Positions 9,060-18,352 are shown, counted from the first letter of the stretch. The stretch is 59,812 nt of DNA from Clostridia bacterium (GCA_017547545.1 JAFYPJ010000027.1:1-59812), one strand, 5' to 3'. Numbers and translations: made by a program. The notes: generated by a model not told the origin, from the sequence alone.

Positions 9060-9499
9060 AACAGTTTAAAGGCCGTGTAATTGCAAAGGGAAGTGTAACT
9101 GCCGTGGCTCTTGTATCCCATGGCGGACTTAATACCCTTGCATCCTTCCAGAAGGCACTTCAGTTTGGAGATAAAAAGGCAACCTGCGGAGACCAGAATA
9201 ATCCGGATCTTTACGGTAAGCAGATGGTGGGAAAGGCTCTTTGCCTTCCCATGACCATAGGTTCAACCACAGGCGGCATGGTGTTATACTGTGCCTGCTC
9301 AATGAAGCGTCAGCCGGCTTGCATGCTTTTCTCCAAGCCTATTGATTCCTTGGCGGCAGCAGGAGCGGTACTTGCCGATGTTTGGCTTGATGATGTCAGC
9401 ATGCCCGTTATAGACAGTTTGGGTGATGAATTCCTCGAATATGTAAAGGACGGTATGAAAATTACTGTACACGATGACGGTACGGTTGAAGTGGAATAA
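9056..9499 (+). CDS. aconitase X swivel-domain (DUF126) small subunit
   Basis: 147 aa. ATGA start/stop overlap with the large subunit. FKGRVIAKGSVTAVALVS...GKALCLPMTIGSTTGGMVL is the typical AcnX swivel pattern. Confidence 0.75.
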   Translation: MKQFKGRVIAKGSVTAVALVSHGGLNTLASFQKALQFGDKKATCGDQNNPDLYGKQMVGKALCLPMTIGSTTGGMVLYCACSMKRQPACMLFSKPIDSLAAAGAVLADVWLDDVSMPVIDSLGDEFLEYVKDGMKITVHDDGTVEVE

Positions 9500-9504
9500 G
9501 ACAG

Positions 9505-9540
9505 AGAATAAGGAGCATTTTTGCTCCTTATTCTAATTTC
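9505..9540 (+). terminator. rho-independent terminator
   Basis: 13-bp perfect stem AGAATAAGGAGCA/TGCTCCTTATTCT with a TTTT loop, followed by an AT-rich tail. Confidence 0.8.
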
Positions 9541-9625
9541 GCTCAAAGTGGTGTACTGTTCATTCTTTTGTCACCTGTTCATCACTTTCAAATTTTACAA
9601 TAATAAGGAAGGGGGCAGCATAATA

Positions 9626-10342
9626 GTGTATCAGAATGTTTTTAAAAGATATGAGCTTAAATATATTATTACCAAAGAACAAAAGCGGTATTTACTTGAT
9701 TTGTGTGCCCCGTATATAAAGGCAGATAAATACGGTCATTCTACCGTAAGGAACATATATTATGATACCGACAATTACCGTTTGATACGCCGTTCTTTGG
9801 AAAAACCCATGTATAAGGAAAAAATAAGGCTGAGAAGCTACAGTAAAGCAGATGAAAACGGTATAGTATTTGCAGAATTAAAAAAGAAATATGATTCTGT
9901 TGTTTATAAAAGACGCTTGGCAGTTTCAATTGAAAATGGTGAGAAATGGTTGTGCGGTGAAGGAGAAAGTCCTGTAATAAATCAAATTTCCAAGGAGATT
10001 GACTATTTTATCGGTTATTATCAGGGACTGAAACCCAAGGTTTTTCTTTCCTACGAAAGAGAGGCATATTATTTAAATAATGATATGAATTTCCGTATCA
10101 CATTTGATGAGAACATACTATTCAGAAAAGACAGACTTTCTCTTTGTGAAGATGTTTTTGGGCAAGCACTGATATCTTCGGACTTTGTACTTATGGAATT
10201 AAAGACCGCGGGTGGAATCCCGTTATGGCTTACACATATACTTTCAGAACAAAAAATTTATAAAACCGCGTTTTCAAAATACGGGAACGCGTATCAAAAA
10301 TTATATTTAACGGAGAAGAATAAAAATGGACTCAATATTTAA
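9626..10342 (+). CDS. VTC-domain (polyphosphate-polymerase-like, triphosphate-tunnel fold) protein
   Basis: Track ORF 9521 begins inside the preceding terminator, so I trimmed it to the in-frame GTG at 9626, which has AAGGAAGGGGG 10 nt upstream. YQNVFKRYELKYIIT...IRLRSY...VLMELKT are tunnel-strand motifs typical of bacterial VTC-domain proteins. Confidence 0.65.
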   Translation: MYQNVFKRYELKYIITKEQKRYLLDLCAPYIKADKYGHSTVRNIYYDTDNYRLIRRSLEKPMYKEKIRLRSYSKADENGIVFAELKKKYDSVVYKRRLAVSIENGEKWLCGEGESPVINQISKEIDYFIGYYQGLKPKVFLSYEREAYYLNNDMNFRITFDENILFRKDRLSLCEDVFGQALISSDFVLMELKTAGGIPLWLTHILSEQKIYKTAFSKYGNAYQKLYLTEKNKNGLNI

Positions 10343-11018
10343 AGGAATATTTGACAGCGATATTGTTACTGTTATATCCCCAAAGGATTTTATATTTTGC
10401 ATTTGTATTTCCCTGGTTGCGGGTTTAATTATGGCTTTATGTTATATGTTTAAAACCCGTTATACCAAAAGCTTTATTTTTACACTTGCGTTATTGCCCT
10501 CTGTTGTTTGCGTTGTTATAATGATGGTGAACGGAAATGTGGGTGCGGGTGTTGCCGTGGCAGGTGCCTTCAGTCTTGTAAGATTTCGTTCGGCTCCCGG
10601 TAGTGCCAAAGAAATAGTAACCCTCTTTCTTGCAATGGCCGCAGGTCTTATAGCAGGTATGGGTTATCTTGTATATGCTCTTTTGTTTACGGTAATAATG
10701 TGTATTATGCTTATGGTGTATAATCTTTTGGATTTCGGAACAAAAAAGCATAAGGAAAAATATAAAAATATTCGTATTACGATTCCCGAAGATCTTGATT
10801 ATACCGGTGTTTTTGATGAAATATTTGAAAGATATACAAAAGAATATGAGCTTACAGGTGTAAAAACTACAAACATGGGGAGCATGTTCAGACTCACTTA
10901 TGATATTGTTCTTTTGGATGTTGCTAAAGAAAAAGAGCTTATAGATGAGCTGAGGGTAAGAAACGGAAATCTTGAAATAACCGTTTCAAAGCAAGCCCAA
11001 AATATTACGGAGCTTTGA
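10326..11018 (+). CDS. DUF4956-family integral membrane protein
   Basis: Four to five hydrophobic helices and the family-typical AFSLVRFRSAPGSAKEI segment. It overlaps the VTC gene by 17 nt. Confidence 0.65.
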   Translation: MDSIFKGIFDSDIVTVISPKDFIFCICISLVAGLIMALCYMFKTRYTKSFIFTLALLPSVVCVVIMMVNGNVGAGVAVAGAFSLVRFRSAPGSAKEIVTLFLAMAAGLIAGMGYLVYALLFTVIMCIMLMVYNLLDFGTKKHKEKYKNIRITIPEDLDYTGVFDEIFERYTKEYELTGVKTTNMGSMFRLTYDIVLLDVAKEKELIDELRVRNGNLEITVSKQAQNITEL

Positions 11019-11019
11019 T

Positions 11020-12816
11020 ATGAAAAGAATTTTAGCGGTGTTGTTGGCTCTGTTTTGCCTGTTATCATTGGTTGGCTGTTCAAAAAAAGAAACGGTAGAG
11101 AAATCGAATAATGAAACAGTAGCTATAGATAAGGTTGTGGAGTCTGAGGATTTTGATTGGGAGTATGATGAGACAGAAAGTGTAAGGATCACGCTTAACA
11201 AAAACAGCGCAGAAAGCTCTTCTGATTCGGTAAGAATATCAGAGGGTGTTATAACAATTACTAAGGAAGCAACCTATATTATTTCGGGTACTCTTGATAA
11301 CGGCATGATAATTGTTGATACCACAAAGAAAGCAAAGCCCAGGCTTGTGCTTGACGGTACGGATATAACAAGCAAGGATTCTGCCGGTTTATATATTCTT
11401 GAAGCGGATAAGGTTACCGTAACTTTGGCAGAGGGCACCCAAAACCGAATTGCTAATACATCCGGATTTGAAAACTCTGTTGATGAAAAGATCGACGGTG
11501 CTGTTTTTTCGAAAAAGGATCTTGTGTTTAACGGTAAAGGAAGCTTGAGTGTAGAATCTGCGAAAGGGCACGGAATATGCGCAAAGGATGAATTGAGCAT
11601 TGTACAGGGAGAGTACAGAATCAACGCCAAGCTCCATGCCTTTGATGTCAATGATTGTGTTGTAATAAATGACGGTACATTTGTTCTTGAGTCAGGTAAG
11701 GATGGAATCCATTGCGAAAACAACGAGGATGAAAATTGCGGCTTTATATATATAGAAAACGGTGATTTTGATATTACTTCTTCGGGTGACGGTATAAGTT
11801 CGGGCAGCTATTTACAGATAGCAAACGGCAGATATAATATCAAAAGCGGCGGCGGTTCGGAAAATGCTTCTGAAAAAAGCTCTGATGATTGGGGTATGCG
11901 ACCTAACGGCAATACGGGAAATTACAAGCTTTCTGTTACACAATCAAGTGAAACGGAAAGTACAAAGGGCTTTAAAAGCAAAGTATGGATGAAAATATCG
12001 ACAGGGGAATTTGATGTAAATTCTGCTGATGACAGCTTTCATTGTGCAACAGAAATGAATATTGAGGGCGGGATTTTCAATATTTCTACAGGTGATGATG
12101 CCTTTCACTCTGATGAGACAATGAATATTTTGGGCGGATGCATTAATATCAGCAAATGTTATGAGGGTTTTGAAGCATTGAATATCACAATAAGCGGCGG
12201 CGAGCTTACTGCTTTTGCTGACGATGACGGAATAAATGCCGCAGGCGGTAGTGATTCAAGCGGATTCAGAGGCCCGTTTTCGGGCAACAGTTCATCCGGA
12301 AGTATTGTGATAAGCGGCGGAACCTTGAATATCAGCGCAAACGGTGACGGAATAGATTCAAACGGTTCTCTTTCGGTAACGGGAGGAAATATATATATAG
12401 ACGGTCCCACTTACGGTGACACCTCAACCCTTGACTACGAAACAGAAGGTTCTGTAAGCGGAGGTGTTTTTGTGGGAACGGGAGCTGTTGGAATGAATAT
12501 GTGCTTTGATTCCTCTTCAAGTCAGGGTGTTATTATGATCGCTTCATCGGGAAAGGGCGGCAGTATAATAACACTTGCAAATTCAAAGGGTGAAACTGTT
12601 ATAGAGCATACTGCAAAGCAAGACTTTGACTGTGTTATTCTAAGCTCTGCCGATATAGTATCGGGAGAAAGCTATACTCTTTCAATTGACACTACAACAA
12701 AAGAAATAACAATGACTTCTCTTATATACAGTGAGATGCATTCATTTGGCGGTATGCCCGGCGGTAATCCCGGTGGACCCGGTGGTAATCCCGGTGGCAT
12801 GCGTCCCTTCAGATAA
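11020..12816 (+). CDS. secreted lipoprotein with parallel-beta-helix-like repeats (Cthe_2159-type carbohydrate-binding family)
   Basis: Lipobox LLSLVGC|S. Repeated GDGISS / DDGINA / GDGIDSNGS turns. Gly/Pro tail GGMPGGNPGGPGGNPGGMRPFR. The start is 1 nt after the DUF4956 stop. Confidence 0.55.
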   Translation: MKRILAVLLALFCLLSLVGCSKKETVEKSNNETVAIDKVVESEDFDWEYDETESVRITLNKNSAESSSDSVRISEGVITITKEATYIISGTLDNGMIIVDTTKKAKPRLVLDGTDITSKDSAGLYILEADKVTVTLAEGTQNRIANTSGFENSVDEKIDGAVFSKKDLVFNGKGSLSVESAKGHGICAKDELSIVQGEYRINAKLHAFDVNDCVVINDGTFVLESGKDGIHCENNEDENCGFIYIENGDFDITSSGDGISSGSYLQIANGRYNIKSGGGSENASEKSSDDWGMRPNGNTGNYKLSVTQSSETESTKGFKSKVWMKISTGEFDVNSADDSFHCATEMNIEGGIFNISTGDDAFHSDETMNILGGCINISKCYEGFEALNITISGGELTAFADDDGINAAGGSDSSGFRGPFSGNSSSGSIVISGGTLNISANGDGIDSNGSLSVTGGNIYIDGPTYGDTSTLDYETEGSVSGGVFVGTGAVGMNMCFDSSSSQGVIMIASSGKGGSIITLANSKGETVIEHTAKQDFDCVILSSADIVSGESYTLSIDTTTKEITMTSLIYSEMHSFGGMPGGNPGGPGGNPGGMRPFR

Positions 12817-12823
12817 CAATTAT

Positions 12824-12852
12824 TGCACCGCTTATGCCAAGCGGTGCATTTT
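12824..12852 (+). terminator. rho-independent terminator
   Basis: TGCACCGCTT-ATGCC-AAGCGGTGCA followed by TTTT. Confidence 0.8.
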
Positions 12853-12917
12853 CATCTTGTTGACAAAATTCTGCAAATAGTATATAATGAGTGAACTTGA
12901 ACAAGTTGGAGGAAACG

Positions 12918-13970
12918 ATGAAAAAGAACGGTAAGATAGAAATTTTGAGATTTCTTTTGTGTATTGTGGTTGTTTTTTATCATATAAATAAAGATCTTTG
13001 GCCGGACGGTAAAGTGTTTGGAGATTTCTTTACTCTCTTTAATCATGGCAGAACCGCTGTGGAGTTTTTCTTCTTGCTCACAGGTTTTCTCATGGCAAAA
13101 AGGGTGCATAAAATCCATAAAACAAGAACAAATTCGATAGGAGAAGAAACTGTAAGTTATTTATACCGAAAAATAAAGAGCGTTATAGCTCCTTATACCG
13201 TAATATCCATAGTAACGATAGTTTATTCTTCCTTTGTGGTAAATGATATAGTTACCTTTGTGGCAGAGCGTGCCCCCAGCCTTATATTTTTACAGCGAAC
13301 CGGTATAGAGGACGAAGGCTTTATAACTGTTGGCTGGTATCTTGGCTCTATGTTCTTTGCCATTGCCGTTATATACCCCTTCCTTCTTAAATTCTATGAC
13401 AGTGTTTCGCTTATTGCGGCACCTGTAGTTTCTTCTATGCTTATAGGCTTTTTTATCTACAGATACGGATATATGCCTCAGGCAGCCTTTGGCTTGTTTA
13501 TGCATCATTCAAATCTCCGTGCTGTTGCCATGATACTTTTGGGTGTGTTCTGTTACAGAACGTGCATTTATATGAAAAGCAGAGCCTGGGCAAAATGGAA
13601 ATGGGTTCTTCTTGCAACAGTTGAAAATATTTGCTGGATAATATCCCTGTTCTATCTTTTCTCCAATGCACCCATGAAGTACGAAGGTCATATTACATAT
13701 CTTATGGCTATTGCCATAACAATTTCATTCTCAAGAGATATGGATTATAAGATCTATAATAATAAGTTTGTAGGATACCTTGGAAGAATCAGTCTTCCCA
13801 TATATCTTTCACAAACCCTGCCGAGAATGATAGTATATTTCCATTTCCCAAAATCGCCCGATTATATTAAGATAATTATAGTTGTATTGGGAAGTGTATT
13901 TATTGGTGTGGTTTATGATCTGTTCTCCAATATAATAATAAAACAGAGAAAGAAAAAGGTTCTTGCATAG
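12918..13970 (+). CDS. acyltransferase-3-family membrane O-acyltransferase
   Basis: Trimmed to the ATG at 12918, with GGAGG 5 nt upstream. Polytopic membrane protein with the family N-terminal motif ILRFLLCIVVVFYHI. Confidence 0.7.
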   Translation: MKKNGKIEILRFLLCIVVVFYHINKDLWPDGKVFGDFFTLFNHGRTAVEFFFLLTGFLMAKRVHKIHKTRTNSIGEETVSYLYRKIKSVIAPYTVISIVTIVYSSFVVNDIVTFVAERAPSLIFLQRTGIEDEGFITVGWYLGSMFFAIAVIYPFLLKFYDSVSLIAAPVVSSMLIGFFIYRYGYMPQAAFGLFMHHSNLRAVAMILLGVFCYRTCIYMKSRAWAKWKWVLLATVENICWIISLFYLFSNAPMKYEGHITYLMAIAITISFSRDMDYKIYNNKFVGYLGRISLPIYLSQTLPRMIVYFHFPKSPDYIKIIIVVLGSVFIGVVYDLFSNIIIKQRKKKVLA

Positions 13971-13998
13971 GACCTTTTTTGTAAAGAACAGAGGTAAT

Positions 13999-16500
13999 AT
14001 GGAAAAGGCAAAATTTAATGTAACCGGAATGACCTGTGCCGCTTGCAGTGCCAATGTGGAAAAAAGAGTTAAAAGGATAAAGGGTATTGAAAGGGTGGAG
14101 GTAAATCTGCTTTCAAACAGTATGAGTGTTGATTTCGATCCTGCCCTTACCAACGAAGGTGAAATAATAGCCGCAGTTTGCGAGATAGGCTACAGAGCAA
14201 GCAGACGGGAGTTACACAATAAAAAAGAATCAGATAAATCAGACAGCACTAAAGCCGAGCAGAAAAATATGCTTAAACGGTTTCTTGTTTCCGTGCTTCT
14301 TATATTGCCCCTTATGTATGTTTCGATGGGGCATATGCTGCATCTGCCCATGCCGTCATTTTTTACAGGTACGCAAAATGCCCTTGCAGGAGCAATAACC
14401 CAAATGCTTATCTCAACGGCAGTCATATTTATTAACCGTAAGTTTTTTGTTTTGGGATCAAAGGCTCTTATTAAGTGTTCTCCCAATATGGATACTCTTG
14501 TAATGATAGGCTCCGGAGCCTCATATATTTACGGTATCATCGTAATATACCGTATGGTGTATGCTTTGGGAAACGGAGATATGGAGGCGGTGGCTGTACA
14601 TTCCCATGATCTGTATTTTGAATCTGCTGCCATGATACTTACCCTTGTAACCCTTGGTAAATATCTTGAAGCTCGCTCAAAAGCAAAAACCACCTCTGCT
14701 ATAGATAAGCTTATGGATCTTTCTCCGAAAACTGCAACGGTACAAAGGGGAGAAACAGAGGTTACCGTGGCAGTATCTGATATAGTTAAAGGTGATATAG
14801 TTGTTGTAAAGCCGGGCGAAAGTGTTGCGGTGGACGGAATAATTATATCGGGGAGCGGGTATATTGACCAGTCTGCCGTTACGGGAGAAAGCATTCCCGT
14901 TGAAAAAAAGGCAGGGGATCAGGTTATTTCTGCCACAATAAATAAAAATGGCACTTTCCGTTTTGAGGCCTCAAGGGTTGGAGAGGAAACTACCATAGCT
15001 CAAATAATCCGTATGGTGGAGGAGGCAAGCAGTACAAAGGCTCCCATTGCGAGACTTGCGGATAAAATAAGCGGCATTTTTGTTCCTGCGGTTATGTTAA
15101 TAGCTCTTTTTACCTCAATTGTCTGGTTGGCTTTAGGCTATAGCTTTGATTTTGCGTTTTCTCTTGCCATTTCCGTCCTTGTGATATCCTGTCCCTGTGC
15201 CCTCGGTCTTGCTACTCCTGTGGCTATCATGGCGGGAACAGGCAAGGCGGCGCAGTACGGTATACTTGTTAAATCTGCCGAGGCACTTGAAAATCTTTGT
15301 AATATTGATACGGTGGTACTTGATAAAACGGGTACCGTAACAAGAGCAGAACCTTCTGTAACCGATATATACTGTATTTCATGCAATGAAAATGAGCTTT
15401 TAAAGAATGCATATACCCTTGAATCACAAAGTGAGCATCCGTTGGCAAATGCGATATGCCGATATGCAAAGGAACATGGAATCATCTGCTTTGAAGCAAA
15501 GAAATTTAATGCTGTTTCGGGAAGAGGGGTTAGCGCTTCAACAGATGACGGTATGATTTATGGCGGAAATGCTGCCTTTATGGAGGAACAGGGAATAGCT
15601 GTTCCGGGTAATCTTGCCGAAAAATATGCCAAAGAAGGCAAAACCCCGTTGTATTTTGCAAAAAACAAGGAGATATCCGGTATAATAGCCGTAGCCGACA
15701 AGGTGCGTGATGAAAGCGTTGAAGCTATAGCTGCGTTGAAGAAAAAGGGAATATATACGGTTATGCTGACCGGAGATAATTCAATTACAGCAAATGCTGT
15801 GCATGAAATTGCAGAAACCGATGAGGTTATTGCCGATGTTATGCCAAAGGATAAGGAAGCTACCATTCAAAAGCTTCAGCAAAGAGGCAAAAGGGTTGCC
15901 ATGGTTGGGGACGGAATTAACGATGCTCCCGCCCTTACCCGTGCCGATGTTGGTATAGCTATCGGTGCAGGAACAGATATTGCCATAGATTCTGCCGATA
16001 TAGTTTTGATGAAAAGCAGTTTATTGGATCTGCTTTGTGCACTTGAACTTGGCAAAAAGGTTATGAATAACATCCGTATGAATCTGTTCTGGGCATTTTT
16101 CTATAATGTTTTGGGTATTCCTTTGGCGGCAGGTGTGCTGTTTATACCCTTTGGCTTAAAGCTTGAACCAATGATTGGTGCAGCGGCAATGAGCCTTAGT
16201 TCTGTTTGCGTTGTAAGTAATGCATTGAGACTTTACGGATTTAAAAATAAATATCAAAAAGAAATTTTAATTGAAAGGGAAGATGTTAAAATGGAAAAGG
16301 TTATAAAAATTGAAGGTATGATGTGCATGCATTGTAAGGCTCATGTTGAAAGGGCTCTTCTGGAAACAGAGGGTGTATGCGATGTAAGAGTTGATCTTGA
16401 GGCTAAAACCGCAACGGTCAGTATGGAGAATGAAATTGCAAATGAACTTCTTTCAAATGCAATAACGGCTCAAGGATATACTGTTTTGGACATCAAATAA
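13999..16500 (+). CDS. copA: copper-translocating P1B-type ATPase
   Basis: N-terminal HMA domain (GMTCAAC), CPC transmembrane motif (SCPCALGLATP), DKTGT phosphorylation site, GDGINDAP hinge and a second, C-terminal HMA domain (GMMCMHC). Confidence 0.92.
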   Translation: MEKAKFNVTGMTCAACSANVEKRVKRIKGIERVEVNLLSNSMSVDFDPALTNEGEIIAAVCEIGYRASRRELHNKKESDKSDSTKAEQKNMLKRFLVSVLLILPLMYVSMGHMLHLPMPSFFTGTQNALAGAITQMLISTAVIFINRKFFVLGSKALIKCSPNMDTLVMIGSGASYIYGIIVIYRMVYALGNGDMEAVAVHSHDLYFESAAMILTLVTLGKYLEARSKAKTTSAIDKLMDLSPKTATVQRGETEVTVAVSDIVKGDIVVVKPGESVAVDGIIISGSGYIDQSAVTGESIPVEKKAGDQVISATINKNGTFRFEASRVGEETTIAQIIRMVEEASSTKAPIARLADKISGIFVPAVMLIALFTSIVWLALGYSFDFAFSLAISVLVISCPCALGLATPVAIMAGTGKAAQYGILVKSAEALENLCNIDTVVLDKTGTVTRAEPSVTDIYCISCNENELLKNAYTLESQSEHPLANAICRYAKEHGIICFEAKKFNAVSGRGVSASTDDGMIYGGNAAFMEEQGIAVPGNLAEKYAKEGKTPLYFAKNKEISGIIAVADKVRDESVEAIAALKKKGIYTVMLTGDNSITANAVHEIAETDEVIADVMPKDKEATIQKLQQRGKRVAMVGDGINDAPALTRADVGIAIGAGTDIAIDSADIVLMKSSLLDLLCALELGKKVMNNIRMNLFWAFFYNVLGIPLAAGVLFIPFGLKLEPMIGAAAMSLSSVCVVSNALRLYGFKNKYQKEILIEREDVKMEKVIKIEGMMCMHCKAHVERALLETEGVCDVRVDLEAKTATVSMENEIANELLSNAITAQGYTVLDIK

Positions 16501-16635
16501 TGTATTTTATGTAATATTATTTAGATTTATGTATATTTTTGTACTTGACAATAACCCAAAATATATGTAAACTATATATGAATGTATATTTTCCGATTTA
16601 AAAAGCGTAAATCTTAAAGGATGGGGGGGCGTTTA

Positions 16636-18018
16636 ATGAACAGAATGAAGTACAGTATTGTTCTGCGTTTTGTAAAGATATTGAATGTGCTTATGATTAC
16701 GGCGCCGTTTTCTTTGGCATGGTTTTTATATTATACAAATAACGGAAAGCCTGATACCGTTGGTATATGGGGAGAAATTGCTTTAATTGGAATGCTTATG
16801 TTTTTATATGTAGCATTTGCCCGTGTCTATGATGCTTTTATGATCTCTTCAAGCAGAATATCGGAAATGATATTCAGCCAGGTTCTTTCTGCATTTATCA
16901 GCGATTCTCTTGTTTTTGTGGTAGTATGGCTTTTAATGCCTAAGTTCCCCAATGTTATTCCCATTCTTTTGACCTTTGCTACGCAAGCTGTTATATCCGC
17001 ATTATGGTGTCTTATATCCCATAAGCTCTATTTTGCCGTAGTTCCGCCGAGGCGTTCGGCAATAATTTATGATATACGTGAGGATTTCAGACATCTCATC
17101 AGCGAATACGGTCTTGAAAAAAAGTATAAGGTTGAGCTTGTGCTCAAGGATGACGAATGCCTTGAAAATCTTGATACTTTAAAAGGTATGGAAACCGTAT
17201 TTTTGATCGGTATTTCAAGCTCTAACCGAAACGATATCCTTAAATATTGTATAGACAATTGTATTCAGGTATATCTTATTCCTCTTATAAGTGATGTTCT
17301 TTTAAGCGGTGCAAAGCAAAGACATATGTTCCATCTTCCCATGCTCCGTACAGAAAGATATAACCCCAGTCCCGAATATCTCTTTTTCAAACGCTTGTTT
17401 GATATAGTAAGCAGTCTTTCGGTTCTTATCCTTGTTTCGCCTTTGCTTTTAGTTACGGCTGTAGCAATAAAGCTGTGTGATTGGGGCCCTGTATTCTATA
17501 AGCAGCGTCGCATGACCAAGGACGGCAGGGTGTTTAATGTGCTGAAATTCAGATCTATGCGTGTGGATGCGGAAAAGGACGGTGTAGCCCGTCTTTCTAC
17601 AGGTACAAAGGATAACAGAGTAACTCCTGTCGGAAAGATAATCCGTAAGTTCAGAATAGATGAGCTTCCTCAGTTATTCAACATTTTAGGCGGCAGCATG
17701 AGTGTTGTGGGACCCCGTCCCGAACGCCCCGAAATTGCGGCTCAGTATGAAGAAGATCTCCCCGAATTCCGCCTTCGCTTACAGGCAAAAGCAGGTCTTA
17801 CGGGATATGCCCAGGTATACGGAAAGTATAACACAACTCCCATAGACAAGCTGAAGATGGACCTTATGTACATATCCAACCCCGGATTTTTAACAGATCT
17901 TTCTCTTATTTTTGCAACTATAAAGATTCTGTTTGTGCCCGAAAGCACAGAGGGAGTTGCGGAGGGACAGGTTACCGCATCTTCTAATAACGAGAAAAAA
18001 GAAAAACAAAATGTATAA
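16636..18018 (+). CDS. polyprenyl-phosphate hexose-1-phosphate transferase (WbaP/EpsL-type bacterial sugar transferase)
   Basis: N-terminal TM helices and the C-terminal sugar-transferase domain (FKRLFDIVSSL...PVFYKQRRMTKDGRVFNVLKFRSM...DELPQLFNIL...SVVGPRP). The ATG at 16636 is preferred because of the G-rich RBS upstream. Confidence 0.85.
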   Translation: MNRMKYSIVLRFVKILNVLMITAPFSLAWFLYYTNNGKPDTVGIWGEIALIGMLMFLYVAFARVYDAFMISSSRISEMIFSQVLSAFISDSLVFVVVWLLMPKFPNVIPILLTFATQAVISALWCLISHKLYFAVVPPRRSAIIYDIREDFRHLISEYGLEKKYKVELVLKDDECLENLDTLKGMETVFLIGISSSNRNDILKYCIDNCIQVYLIPLISDVLLSGAKQRHMFHLPMLRTERYNPSPEYLFFKRLFDIVSSLSVLILVSPLLLVTAVAIKLCDWGPVFYKQRRMTKDGRVFNVLKFRSMRVDAEKDGVARLSTGTKDNRVTPVGKIIRKFRIDELPQLFNILGGSMSVVGPRPERPEIAAQYEEDLPEFRLRLQAKAGLTGYAQVYGKYNTTPIDKLKMDLMYISNPGFLTDLSLIFATIKILFVPESTEGVAEGQVTASSNNEKKEKQNV

Positions 18019-18020
18019 AA

Positions 18021-18053
18021 AATAAACCCGAAGGTTTTCGGGTTTATTTTTTT
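18021..18053 (+). terminator. rho-independent terminator
   Basis: AATAAACCCGAA-GGTT-TTCGGGTTTATT followed by TTTTT. Confidence 0.85.
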
Positions 18054-18252
18054 ACTATATAGGAATTTGCTTTATTTTGCGAGATTGAAAGATTGGTTAA
18101 TTATTAAAGATTTGGGCACAGCACTTGCTGCTTTAAGGAGAAAAATCTTTTTCTTGCACAACTTTGTTAAAAATTATACAAATAAACTAAAATGCAAAAG
18201 AGTTTTTTTCACTTTTTGTAAATATTTTTTAGTATAAAAATGGTCTAAACCC

Positions 18253-18281
18253 TTGATTATTATTGAAAAATGTGATAAAAT
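18253..18281 (+). promoter_or_regulatory. candidate promoter of the mdh-fumC-hdr-flx-frd operon (TTGATT-17-TGaTAAAAT)
   Basis: -35 at 18253-18258 and an extended -10 at 18273-18281, 72 nt upstream of the ATG at 18353. Confidence 0.4.
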
Positions 18282-18352
18282 AAAATGATTAGTTATTTAT
18301 TTAACGAATTTGTGAATAAGCCTAATAAAATAAATGAAATGAGGACTTTTAA

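Noticed and set aside
12763-12797. Direct repeat GGTAATCCCGGTGG x2 with a 21-nt period.
   Set aside because: It is in-frame coding repetition of the GNPGGPG tail of the lipoprotein. It is not a CRISPR or intergenic repeat. At most it is a minor slippage-prone tract.
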